DNA of 64,000 bases from a virus: the IMG/VR virus record IMGVR_UViG_3300044638_004964, positions 41,962 to 105,961 of that record; one strand, 5' to 3'. The notes under the pieces are model-generated. The model ran no database searches. It was not told the origin of the DNA and worked only from the letters and a program-made list of their open reading frames with translations. Positions 1 through 9,347 of the stretch are shown here, in pieces (the stretch's first letter is position 1; each line of letters begins with the position of its first letter). A program made the position numbers and the translations under genes.

Positions 1-29
1 CGCTGCAATAGGTGCGTTGGAAAATAATT

Positions 30-1511
30 ATGGATATTAAACTAACAGATATTGGTGCAGAACGAGCAGTCTTAGCGTCACTATTGCAAAATGGTATAGA
101 CGCATATGTATCAATATCGCACCTTATTAGTCATAAAACTTTTGGTCATGCCAATAATCAGATTCTATATAAATGTATAGAGCGGATTATCACTAACGAT
201 CAAAAGGTGGATATACCATCTATTCTATCGGCAGCTTCTCAGTTGAATTTATCAGAAAGTATAAATACAACACAAGAGTTAAAATACATCAAATCTCTTT
301 TCGACTTCCCAGTTAATAAAGATAATGCTCTTAGCTTTGCGATACAAATTAAGAAGTTTGAATTTGCTAGAAAGATTAAAGCACTAACAGCAAAAATACA
401 TAAAGATGTTGATGATGTTACTGGATCTGAATCTATCAATGATATTATTCAAATTCTAGAAAACCCAGTTACAGACTTTCTAAGAGAAGATGACGGTGGA
501 GACACTCCAAAGAAAATTGGAGAAAACATCGGAGATTATATTACATTCTTAGAGGAGAATAAGTGTGATATCATTGGTATACCAACAGGATTCAGCAGAT
601 ACGACGAGGCCATTGGCGGTGGTCTTAGACGTAAATGTGTTGACCTTGTTTCTGCTAGACCAAAAGTTGGCAAGTCAGTATTTGCTGATAACGTGGCTCT
701 AAATGTTTCTTCTAAAAACGTTCCGGTTCTTATGCTAGATACTGAAATGAGCAAAGAGGATCATTTGAATAGATTGTTGGCAAATATAAGTGGTGTTCCG
801 ATCAATGAAATTGCTACTGGTAAATTCGTAGATGATGACGAAAAGAGAGAAAAGGTTCAAGATGCTGTTAAGCATATAGAATCTATTCCTTATTGTTACG
901 TTAGCGTTGCTGGAAAGCCATTTGAACAAATCCTCAATCTTATTAAGAGATGGATTATTCAAGAAGTTAAGATGGATCAGTATGGCAAAACCAATGATTG
1001 TTTAATTATCTATGATTATTTGAAGTTAATGTCATCTAGTTCTATTACCAATAATATACAAGAATATCAAGCTCTTGGTTTTCAAATTACCGCACTTCAT
1101 AATTTGTGCGTCAAGATGGATTTTCCATGTTTGTCATTTGTGCAGTTGAACAGAGATGGTATAACCAAAGAAAGCACCGACGCTGTTTCTGGATCAGATA
1201 GACTTATCTGGCTATGCACATCGTTCTCTATATTTAAAATCAAATCTCCAGAAGAATTAGCAGAAGATGGACCCAGTGCTGGAAATAGAAAACTTGTACC
1301 AATTGTTTCAAGACACGGTGGCGGGCTAGACGATGGAGATTATATTAACATGGTCATGGATGGATCTCATGCTAAATTAAAAGAACTAAAAACACGCAAC
1401 GAATTTAAAAACCAACCAACTGGTGATACTGGATTAGCAGATTCAGATTCACTAATTAAAATAAGAATACAAGATGGACTTACACAAGCTCAAGATTCTA
1501 TTGAACAGTAA
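30..1511 (+). CDS. dnaB: Replicative DNA helicase (DnaB family)
   Basis: N-terminal AERAVLASLL, Walker A SARPKVGKS, DTEMS, Walker B IIYDYL, VQLNR, SRHG. ATG at 30 preferred over GTG at 12. Confidence 0.95.
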   Translation: MDIKLTDIGAERAVLASLLQNGIDAYVSISHLISHKTFGHANNQILYKCIERIITNDQKVDIPSILSAASQLNLSESINTTQELKYIKSLFDFPVNKDNALSFAIQIKKFEFARKIKALTAKIHKDVDDVTGSESINDIIQILENPVTDFLREDDGGDTPKKIGENIGDYITFLEENKCDIIGIPTGFSRYDEAIGGGLRRKCVDLVSARPKVGKSVFADNVALNVSSKNVPVLMLDTEMSKEDHLNRLLANISGVPINEIATGKFVDDDEKREKVQDAVKHIESIPYCYVSVAGKPFEQILNLIKRWIIQEVKMDQYGKTNDCLIIYDYLKLMSSSSITNNIQEYQALGFQITALHNLCVKMDFPCLSFVQLNRDGITKESTDAVSGSDRLIWLCTSFSIFKIKSPEELAEDGPSAGNRKLVPIVSRHGGGLDDGDYINMVMDGSHAKLKELKTRNEFKNQPTGDTGLADSDSLIKIRIQDGLTQAQDSIEQ

Positions 1512-2493
1512 AGCTGAAACTATCTTTAAGAAGCTAGGCATGGACTGTGAAGTGCTTGGAGATAATATTTACTCCAAATGTCCAATTCATGAAGGTAGCG
1601 ACAACCCAAGAGCATTCTCATATTCTATAGAAAGAGGAATATGGAAGTGTTGGACTAGAGATTGTCAACATCAATACAATAACGACATATTTGGACTAAT
1701 AAGAGGTTCGTTATCGAATAGCGAAGGCGTAGATGTTGGCTTTAAAGAAGCTTTAAAGTGGTCCTGCGATCTATTAGATTTAAAACGCGGCAAGGTGCAT
1801 AGTAAACAGGTAGTAGAAGAGCCGAATGAATTTGTTGAACTTGTATCATTGCTAAATCACTCAATAGTTCAAAAAGAGCATAGTGAAATAGATGCAGAAT
1901 GTGATCTAGCAATACCTTCACCGTATTTTATATCCAGAGGTTTCAAAAAAGAAACCCTAAATTATTTTGAAGTTGGGGACTGTGTTAATCCTAAGTCTAA
2001 GTTGTATGATAGAGCAATAATACCTATTCATAACGACGATGGAGCCAAACTGGTTTCATTAATAGGAAGATCAATGAAGGAATATAAATTACCCAAATTC
2101 TTATTTAGCCCCAAGGGATTTGACAAAAGATATTTTTTTTACAATCTTCACAGAGCAATCAACAAAGCTAAAGAAACCGGATGTTTATTTCTTGTTGAAG
2201 GACAGGGGGATGTTTGGAGATTATATGAATCTGGGGTGCATAATGCTGTTGGAATATTGGGTAAAACAATCACAAAAGAGCAAGAAGATAAACTATTAAA
2301 AATGCCAGTAACTCATCTTATTATATTAACTGATAACGATCAAGCTGGAAGAGAATCAAAAACGCAAATACAAAGACAATTGGGAAGAGTTTTTAAACTA
2401 ACATTTCCTAAAATTTCAACAAAAGACATTGGCGAAATGACAACGGACCAAATCAAAAGTAAAATACTACCACAAGTTAAAGGAACTTATTAA
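1474..2493 (+). CDS. dnaG: DNA primase (DnaG type, CHC2 Zn finger + TOPRIM)
   Basis: CPIH...CWTRDC zinc finger; TOPRIM motifs VEGQGDV, TDNDQAG, KDIGE; follows the helicase. Confidence 0.93.
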   Translation: MDLHKLKILLNSKAETIFKKLGMDCEVLGDNIYSKCPIHEGSDNPRAFSYSIERGIWKCWTRDCQHQYNNDIFGLIRGSLSNSEGVDVGFKEALKWSCDLLDLKRGKVHSKQVVEEPNEFVELVSLLNHSIVQKEHSEIDAECDLAIPSPYFISRGFKKETLNYFEVGDCVNPKSKLYDRAIIPIHNDDGAKLVSLIGRSMKEYKLPKFLFSPKGFDKRYFFYNLHRAINKAKETGCLFLVEGQGDVWRLYESGVHNAVGILGKTITKEQEDKLLKMPVTHLIILTDNDQAGRESKTQIQRQLGRVFKLTFPKISTKDIGEMTTDQIKSKILPQVKGTY

Positions 2494-3233
2494 TGGCTAA
2501 GATTATAGGCATATCTGGGCGAAAGCAATCTGGGAAAAACACAGTAGCTAATTACATAAATGGGTCCGTGCTAATTGGTAAGGAAATGGTAAAAGACTTC
2601 TTTATTAACGAAGATGGTCAGCTTGTTATCAAAACAACTAATAGTAATGGTGAAGATGGGTATGGAATATTTGATGTCACCAGAAAAGATGATACATTTA
2701 TTGAGTATGCTAGTAGAGAACTGTGGCCATATATTAAGACCTATCATTTCGCAGATTTGCTAAAGAACATATCAATTCATTTGTTTGGATTAAGCCCAGC
2801 AGAGGTTTATGGTACAGATGATGACAAAAACAAAGAAACAAATTTGCTATGGGAAAGTATGCCAACGAAAGAAAAGAAAACTGGCAATGTAACGAATAGA
2901 GAATTTCTAGAATACTTTGGGACAAAAATTGTTCGCAAAATTAAGCCAGAGGCATGGGTTGAGGCAACAATGAATAATATTCTTAAAGAAAATTCTGAAA
3001 TAGCAATTATACCGGATGTTAGATTTCCAAACGAGGTCAATGCTATAAAGAATGCTGGTGGCAAAGTTATCAGATTGACTAGAAACATTCACGATAGTAA
3101 GATAGAGTGCGAAACAGCACTGGACGAAAAGAATTTTGATTGGTCACTATTCGACCATGTTATAGATAATTCTAATTCATCAATAGAAGATCTATGTAGC
3201 AGTGTAAACAATCTCAAACAGTATTGGAACTAA
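2493..3233 (+). CDS. Deoxynucleoside monophosphate kinase
   Basis: P-loop GISGRKQSGKNT, FADLLK and IIPDVRFPNE, typical of phage dNMP kinases. Confidence 0.85.
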   Translation: MAKIIGISGRKQSGKNTVANYINGSVLIGKEMVKDFFINEDGQLVIKTTNSNGEDGYGIFDVTRKDDTFIEYASRELWPYIKTYHFADLLKNISIHLFGLSPAEVYGTDDDKNKETNLLWESMPTKEKKTGNVTNREFLEYFGTKIVRKIKPEAWVEATMNNILKENSEIAIIPDVRFPNEVNAIKNAGGKVIRLTRNIHDSKIECETALDEKNFDWSLFDHVIDNSNSSIEDLCSSVNNLKQYWN

Positions 3234-3234
3234 T

Positions 3235-4257
3235 ATGCTAATAACATACATAAGATCTTCAAGTTATAATAATTATTCTTACTGCCAAATGCAGTATTTT
3301 ATAACATATGTTTTGGGCCATCAGTCAACCAGCGGCAAGAAAGCAGAACTTGGAACTATTGTTCACAAGGTTATGGAAACACTAGCTGGTTTTAAAAAGT
3401 ATCACCAAGACAATCCACGTAAACATAACCTATATGTAAAAGATGATGCCTTGGGCGATGTTGAAATTAAAAAATCAGAATTATTGAAGGACAGTATCGT
3501 TGTAGACTTACTTGATAAAAGCTATAATTTTTATACATCTGGATCATCTCACGCTTTTACAAAGGGTGATAAAGATACCTGTATGGGTCTTGTGTGGGAC
3601 ACATTAAGATATAATCATGGTCAATTTGACCCAAGACACAGAACTGTAGTTGCCCCAGAACCTCATTTTGATATTCCAATTGATGAAGATTGGGCGCATT
3701 ATGAATATGAGTTTCCAGATGGTAGAAAAATCAAGGGACAATTAGCTATTAAGGGAACTATAGATCTAGTTACAGAAACAGCTAAAGACACTATTGAAGT
3801 AGTCGATTGGAAGACGGGTAGACGTTTAGATTGGGCCACTGGCGAAGAAAAGACATATGAAAAACTATGCTCAGACCCTCAGTTATTACTATACAATTAT
3901 GCCATTTCGAAGCTATTTCCTCATTATGACCACACGATAATGTCTATATTTTTTATTAAAGATGGTGGACCTTTCTCTATGTGTTTTGACAAAGCAGATC
4001 ATGGTAGATTCTTAAAAATGCTTAAGAATAAGTTTGAAGATATCAAGGCGAATAATACACCAAAACCCCTGTCACAAAGTAGAGATAGCTGGAAATGTAC
4101 TAAGTTGTGCCATTTTTACAAAAACAACTGGCCGGGAACAGACAAAAACATGTGTATATACATAGAGAATCACCTAAAGGACGAAGGTATGGAGAATACC
4201 CTTAAAAAGTGTACAAGAGAAGGTTTTGACATTGGTTTTTATTCCGCTCCCGGTTGA
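3235..4257 (+). CDS. PD-(D/E)XK exonuclease, Cas4/AddB-like, probable Fe-S cluster
   Basis: GTIVH, KGTIDL...VVDWKTG, QLLLY; one N-terminal Cys plus C-terminal CTKLC...C. Confidence 0.85.
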   Translation: MLITYIRSSSYNNYSYCQMQYFITYVLGHQSTSGKKAELGTIVHKVMETLAGFKKYHQDNPRKHNLYVKDDALGDVEIKKSELLKDSIVVDLLDKSYNFYTSGSSHAFTKGDKDTCMGLVWDTLRYNHGQFDPRHRTVVAPEPHFDIPIDEDWAHYEYEFPDGRKIKGQLAIKGTIDLVTETAKDTIEVVDWKTGRRLDWATGEEKTYEKLCSDPQLLLYNYAISKLFPHYDHTIMSIFFIKDGGPFSMCFDKADHGRFLKMLKNKFEDIKANNTPKPLSQSRDSWKCTKLCHFYKNNWPGTDKNMCIYIENHLKDEGMENTLKKCTREGFDIGFYSAPG

Positions 4258-4269
4258 AAGAAAGATATT

Positions 4270-5124
4270 ATGAAATTAACTATTGGTATGGCCACTTATG
4301 ACGATTTTGACGGTGTGTATTTTACGATACAGGCTCTCAGAATGTATCATGATATATGTCAGTCAAATGATGTAGAATTTATAGTTCTAGATAATAACCC
4401 CAACGGTAAACATGCACAAACTCTTTCTGGGTTTGTAAATGGATGGACCGGCGGAAAAGGTAAATATATACCAAAAAATGATAGAGCTTCATCTTTTAAT
4501 AAATACAGCATAGTCGAACACGCCTCTGGGCAATACGTTCTTATTATAGATTGTCACGTACTGTTAGTCAAAGATTCTTTAAAGCATTTAATGGATTACT
4601 ATGATAGTCATCCAGACTGTAAGGATTTAATCCAAGGTCCACTACTTTACGATGATCTACAAAATTATTCCACAGAGTTTGCTCCGCAATGGAGAGGCGA
4701 CATGTATGGAACTTGGGATACAAACAGAGAAGCTCACGATGCCGGATTACCATTTGAAATACAATTACAGGGCATGGGATTATGTTCTTTTGAAAAAAAG
4801 AACTGGCCGGGAATAAATCCACACTTTAAAGGATTTGGTGCAGAAGAAGGGTACATATCTGAAAAATTCAGAAGAAATGGTGGGAAAAATATTTGTATCC
4901 CACAATTAAAATGGGTTCATCGATTTGGTCGCCCAGACGGTGTAAAATACCCATTAATTTTAGAGGATAGAATATGGAATTATTTTATCGGATGGTTGGA
5001 AATAACAAAAGACCCAAATCACGAAATGATAACATCAGCATATGAACATTTTAAGAATAAAATCCCGCCGGGAAGTATAGATAACATTTTAAATCAAGCT
5101 AAACACTTAATTTTGGAGAATTAA
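4270..5124 (+). CDS. Glycosyltransferase, GT2-like (GT-A fold)
   Basis: LTIGMATYDD, FIVLDN, IIDCH (DxH in place of DxD), GFGAEEGY. Confidence 0.75.
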   Translation: MKLTIGMATYDDFDGVYFTIQALRMYHDICQSNDVEFIVLDNNPNGKHAQTLSGFVNGWTGGKGKYIPKNDRASSFNKYSIVEHASGQYVLIIDCHVLLVKDSLKHLMDYYDSHPDCKDLIQGPLLYDDLQNYSTEFAPQWRGDMYGTWDTNREAHDAGLPFEIQLQGMGLCSFEKKNWPGINPHFKGFGAEEGYISEKFRRNGGKNICIPQLKWVHRFGRPDGVKYPLILEDRIWNYFIGWLEITKDPNHEMITSAYEHFKNKIPPGSIDNILNQAKHLILEN

Positions 5125-5126
5125 TT

Positions 5127-6029
5127 ATGCCCATTCCAAATAGACGAAAAGATGAAGATAAGAATAAATTTGTTGCCAGATGTATGGGTGACAAGGTTAT
5201 GAAAAAAGATTATCCAAGCAATAGCCAAAGAGTTGCTATCTGCTTGGATCAAGCAACAGCCGATTGTGACTGTGTAGAAGCTGCTGATTTTAAAATGCAA
5301 TTAGAAAATTATGGCTATGAAGAAGATGTTAATGATGACAATTTTTATATTCCAACACAGGCAGAATATGAAGACTTTGGCGAAGAAACAGAAGAGTGGG
5401 ATATTGCTGAAGCAAAACCGGGACTATGGGAAAATATAAGAAAGAAGAAAGATCGATTAGGCAAAAAATATAAACCAGCAAAGCCGGGAGATCCAGATCG
5501 CCCAGATAAAGATGCTTGGAAAAAAGCTCAGTCTGGTGATAGCGAAATGGCTATTGATCAAATAATGAAAATGAGCGATCAGATCATGGAAGTGGTTGCT
5601 AGACTAAAAACTATGCAGATACCAGTAGAATTTCAAGATTGGACAAAAGACATGATTTCCAAAGCTGAAATCTATATACAGAACGTGTATGACTTTGTTA
5701 AGTATTACGAGCCGGGTAAATATGAAGATGAGTATACAAAAGAAGTAGATGAGCCATCAGAAATGGAAACTGAAGATTCTTATGCTTCAGAATATCAAGG
5801 TCGCAAAGTGACATTAAATAAACCATTTAGAACATCAAATGGCCCAAAGAAGTTTGCAGTATATGTTAAGAATGAAAGTGGCAACGTTGTTATTGTTAGA
5901 TTTGGCGATCCAAATATGACAATCAAGAAGAATATTCCAGAACGACGAAAAAGCTTTAGAGCTAGACACAACTGTGAGAACCCCGGCCCAAAATGGAAGG
6001 CTAGATATTGGGCTTGTAAAAGCTGGTAG
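5127..6029 (+). CDS. Multi-module phage protein (four small conserved modules, acidic linkers)
   Basis: Modules MPIP..FVARCM..QRVAIC; GLWENIRKK..PDKDAWKK; EMAIDQ..DW..ISKA..Y; EYQGRKV..VRFGDPNM..RRKSFRARHNC..ARYWAC. Confidence 0.6.
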   Translation: MPIPNRRKDEDKNKFVARCMGDKVMKKDYPSNSQRVAICLDQATADCDCVEAADFKMQLENYGYEEDVNDDNFYIPTQAEYEDFGEETEEWDIAEAKPGLWENIRKKKDRLGKKYKPAKPGDPDRPDKDAWKKAQSGDSEMAIDQIMKMSDQIMEVVARLKTMQIPVEFQDWTKDMISKAEIYIQNVYDFVKYYEPGKYEDEYTKEVDEPSEMETEDSYASEYQGRKVTLNKPFRTSNGPKKFAVYVKNESGNVVIVRFGDPNMTIKKNIPERRKSFRARHNCENPGPKWKARYWACKSW

Positions 6030-6055
6030 TTGAAGTAAAGTTGTTGGTTCGGCGG

Positions 6056-6061
6056 TATAAT
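6056..6061 (+). promoter_or_regulatory. Possible -10 box (TATAAT) upstream of the dnaE N-terminal gene
   Basis: Perfect TATAAT in one of the few intergenic gaps; no well-spaced -35 box. Confidence 0.3.
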
Positions 6062-6107
6062 AGTTTGATAGCAGTCGCATACACATTGAAATTGACAAGG
6101 ACAATAT

Positions 6108-7712
6108 ATGTTGAATTGGTGCCCACTAAGGAATTACACTCATTACAGTTTATTGAGGGGTTTTTCAAAGCCAGACGAGTTAGCAGCAAAGTGTAAAGAA
6201 GAAGGATATACTGCTTGCGGTATTGCTGATTATAAGACAATATCTGGGGTTGTATCTTTTTATCAAGCTTGTCAAAAGAATGGGATAAAACCTATCATTG
6301 GTTGCTCATTTGATGACTGCGCTTTGTTTGCTAAGAATAGTGCCGGTTGGCATGATCTTATTCACCTAGTATCATCTATAGATGATGAAGGTAATATATC
6401 TAGCACTATTTGGTCAAACACTCTAAAGAAGGGCAATGTAATAAAGGTGTCTAATGATGCCTCACTATTTCCCATTAGTTATTATGTTAAAAAAGAAGAT
6501 GCGACATTGCATCGTATACTATTATGCTCTGAATTAAAAACCACACTTCCAAAGATTCAGAAACAAATACGCAATGGTGATCTACCAAAAGATATAGAAT
6601 ATCAATTTACTCACGACGATAAAAACGTTTGGTCAAAGGAAGAGGCACAAAAAGCAATTAGCTCAACATCATCCAAAAATCTAGATAATATTTCTAGTAT
6701 TATAAATGAGTGTGAGAGCTATAATATTCTAAGCAAGCCCAATCTTCCAAAGTTCGCTTGTCCAAATAATCAATCAGAAGAGGATTATTTGAAGGAACTA
6801 TGTCGCGTTGGCTGGAAAAATATATTAATAGATGGTGATAAGGTTTCTAAACCAGAAGATAAAGAAAAGTATCTAGAAAGATTCAAGGAGGAATTTGATG
6901 TTATTAAGGGTGCTAATCTATTCGGTTATTTCCTCATTGTTAGAGACATTATACACTATTGCGAAAGTCAAGGTTGGTTGTGTGGTCCCGGTAGAGGTTC
7001 AGCGGCTGGATGCCTAATCTCATATCTTATTGGAATCACAAAGATTGATCCAATAGAATTTGACCTACTGTTTGCTAGATTTTATAATGCTGGGCGAAAT
7101 AGTGAGGACCATATCTCACTTCCAGATATTGATATGGACGTTCCCGGCAAGAAGCGTGACGAAGTTATATCTTATCTTAAGAATAAATATGGTCATGATC
7201 ACGTTAGTCAAATGATTTCGTTTGGTAGGCTACAGGGAAGAAGTGCTATAAAAGAAGTTTTACGCATAAATGAAGCGTGTTCTTTTGGTGAAATGAACAC
7301 TATAACAAAGAGTATTCCTAACGAAGCTGAAATTTCTGACCAACTTGCCGACATGGATGACGATAATAGATCTATTATACGTTGGGCACTAATTAATAAT
7401 GCCAATGAATTAAGGGATTTTTGCCACATAAACGAAGATGGTAAGCTAGAAGGAAATTATGCTGAGTATTTTGATCAAGCTATAAAGATTGAGGGAACAT
7501 TTAAAACACAGGGAAAACACGCCGCCGGTGTTGTTATATCAGCTAAGAAATTGAATACCGTTTGCCCGATGGTTAAGCAGCGTGATTCATCTGAAAAGAT
7601 TGCGGGATTAGAAATGGCAGACCTAGAAGCTCTAGGACATGTCAAGTTTGACGTTCTAGGAATTAATTTACTAGATAAAATTATGATGATACAAGACTTA
7701 ACTGGAGTATAA
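6108..7712 (+). CDS. dnaE: DNA polymerase III alpha, N-terminal part (degenerate PHP + catalytic palm/thumb)
   Basis: THYSLL, GIKPIIG, GPGRGSAAG, LPDIDMD, GKHAAGVVIS, KFDVLG; ends just after the last catalytic Asp. Confidence 0.93.
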   Translation: MLNWCPLRNYTHYSLLRGFSKPDELAAKCKEEGYTACGIADYKTISGVVSFYQACQKNGIKPIIGCSFDDCALFAKNSAGWHDLIHLVSSIDDEGNISSTIWSNTLKKGNVIKVSNDASLFPISYYVKKEDATLHRILLCSELKTTLPKIQKQIRNGDLPKDIEYQFTHDDKNVWSKEEAQKAISSTSSKNLDNISSIINECESYNILSKPNLPKFACPNNQSEEDYLKELCRVGWKNILIDGDKVSKPEDKEKYLERFKEEFDVIKGANLFGYFLIVRDIIHYCESQGWLCGPGRGSAAGCLISYLIGITKIDPIEFDLLFARFYNAGRNSEDHISLPDIDMDVPGKKRDEVISYLKNKYGHDHVSQMISFGRLQGRSAIKEVLRINEACSFGEMNTITKSIPNEAEISDQLADMDDDNRSIIRWALINNANELRDFCHINEDGKLEGNYAEYFDQAIKIEGTFKTQGKHAAGVVISAKKLNTVCPMVKQRDSSEKIAGLEMADLEALGHVKFDVLGINLLDKIMMIQDLTGV

Positions 7713-7713
7713 A

Positions 7714-8319
7714 ATGGCCACTCAGTGTGGAAAATATATTGGTCAAAAATTTGGAATGTTAACTGTTCAAAAAATTACTAGTAAAACCAAAAAATCTCAT
7801 TATAGGGCCGAATGTTTGTGTGATTGTGGTAATACTGTTATACGCCGCATAGATTCTCTAGTACACGATAAATCAAAAAGTTGTGGGTGTTCAGCATTCA
7901 AAACAGGGTGCGAACATGCCTTATATAGAGGATACGAAGGTTTGAGCCTGAGACGCTGGTCTAAAATCAAAACAATGGCAAAAGATCGTGGATATAATGT
8001 CAAAATAGATATTAAATATGTCTGGGATTTGTATGAAAAACAGGGAAGAAAATGTGCGATAACTGGAGTTCCCATTATCTTCTCTAAACAAAACAAAGAC
8101 AATGTTGGCACAACAGCATCTTTAGATAGGATAGATAATAATAGAGATTATATTGAAGGAAACGTACAGTGGGTGCATAAACGTATAAACATAATGAAAG
8201 GTAATATGAATACAAATGAATTTTTAAATATTTGCGAGGCTGTAGTTGCAAAAAATAAAGAAGAAGATATATTTGAGACACCAGTACACTATACAAGAAA
8301 GATGTTTTATGGCAAATAG
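7714..8319 (+). CDS. HNH-type homing endonuclease-like protein
   Basis: GQKFGMLTV..CLCDCGN..SCGC N-terminal domain; CAITG..SLDRIDNNRDYIEGNVQWVH..IN..K beta-beta-alpha motif. Confidence 0.8.
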   Translation: MATQCGKYIGQKFGMLTVQKITSKTKKSHYRAECLCDCGNTVIRRIDSLVHDKSKSCGCSAFKTGCEHALYRGYEGLSLRRWSKIKTMAKDRGYNVKIDIKYVWDLYEKQGRKCAITGVPIIFSKQNKDNVGTTASLDRIDNNRDYIEGNVQWVHKRINIMKGNMNTNEFLNICEAVVAKNKEEDIFETPVHYTRKMFYGK

Positions 8320-8989
8320 AGATTATATTATATTCGACTTTGAAACAGGCTCAAGAAATCCTCACAAAACCCAACCAACTCAGATTGCAGCAATAGCTCT
8401 AGATGGTAGAAACTTATCAGTTAAGGGACAATTTAATAGTGAAATCAAGCCCATATTTGACGATGAAGAGGCTATATCTCTTGGGCTAGATCCACTTCAA
8501 GATGAAGCTTTAAAGATAACTGGAAAAACTAGAGAGGCTCTAGCTGAAGCTCCCTCAATTAAATCAGTATGGTCTAAATTTGTAAAGTTTGTTGATCAAT
8601 ATAATTGGAAGGGTGATCCATTTTTTGCTCCAATTCCAGTTGGATTTAATATCCTTGGTTTCGATATGCACATTGTTAATAGGCTATGTAGAGAATATGG
8701 TCCTTGGGATAAAGAGCGAGAACAACAAAAACTATTTAGTAAAGTCTATAAAGTTGATATCATGGACAATGTTTTCGTATGGACAGAAAGTGATCCATCA
8801 GTTAAGTCTATTAGCATGGATTCGCTACGAGAAAGAATGGGTCTTAGCAAGGAAAATGCTCACGATGCTCTACAGGACGTTAAGGACGAGGCCAATATAT
8901 TTATCAAGCTCATGAAAACCCATAGATCTGTTTATCAGAATATTACTTTTGATAAAGCTTTTGCTAATGGTGGACTGTATGTTAAATAA
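8309..8989 (+). CDS. DEDDh 3'-5' exonuclease (DnaQ/epsilon-like)
   Basis: ExoI DFETG, ExoII GFNILGFD, ExoIII HDALQD. ATG at 8309 is the likely start. Confidence 0.88.
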   Translation: MANRDYIIFDFETGSRNPHKTQPTQIAAIALDGRNLSVKGQFNSEIKPIFDDEEAISLGLDPLQDEALKITGKTREALAEAPSIKSVWSKFVKFVDQYNWKGDPFFAPIPVGFNILGFDMHIVNRLCREYGPWDKEREQQKLFSKVYKVDIMDNVFVWTESDPSVKSISMDSLRERMGLSKENAHDALQDVKDEANIFIKLMKTHRSVYQNITFDKAFANGGLYVK

Positions 8990-9347
8990 AGTTTGCAACA
9001 AGTGTAAAAAGGAATTACCAATTGAACATTTTAGCAAACATAGCGGCAGCAATTATTTAAGACCAGAATGTAAATCTTGCAATAATTTGCTAAGTAAAAT
9101 ACGAAGCAGTCTCAGGAAAAAGCATGAAACCCCTCCAGAAAATTATCAATGTCCAATTTGCAATAGAAGCGAGCATGAGATATCTTCTGGTGGAGGAAAT
9201 AAAAAAAGCAAGTGGGTGCTAGACCACAATCACCAAAATAATAATTTTAGGGGATGGTTATGTCACACATGTAATATGGGTATAGGTTCTTTTTCTGATA
9301 ATATTGATACATTGTACAAAGCTATAGAGTATTTAAAAAATGATTGA
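8979..9347 (+). CDS. Endonuclease VII-like His-Me endonuclease
   Basis: CNKC..CKSC zinc ribbon; CPIC..LDHNH..FRGWLCHTCNMGIG. ATG at 8979. Confidence 0.85.
   Translation: MLNKVCNKCKKELPIEHFSKHSGSNYLRPECKSCNNLLSKIRSSLRKKHETPPENYQCPICNRSEHEISSGGGNKKSKWVLDHNHQNNNFRGWLCHTCNMGIGSFSDNIDTLYKAIEYLKND

Noticed and set aside
3235-4257. CRISPR-Cas locus suggested by the Cas4-like gene
   Set aside because: No repeat-spacer array or other cas genes seen; solo Cas4-like nucleases are common in phage replication modules.
7713-9339. Group I intron or split intein joining the dnaE halves
   Set aside because: The interval is fully occupied by abutting ORFs with no non-coding ribozyme core, and neither half has intein terminal motifs.
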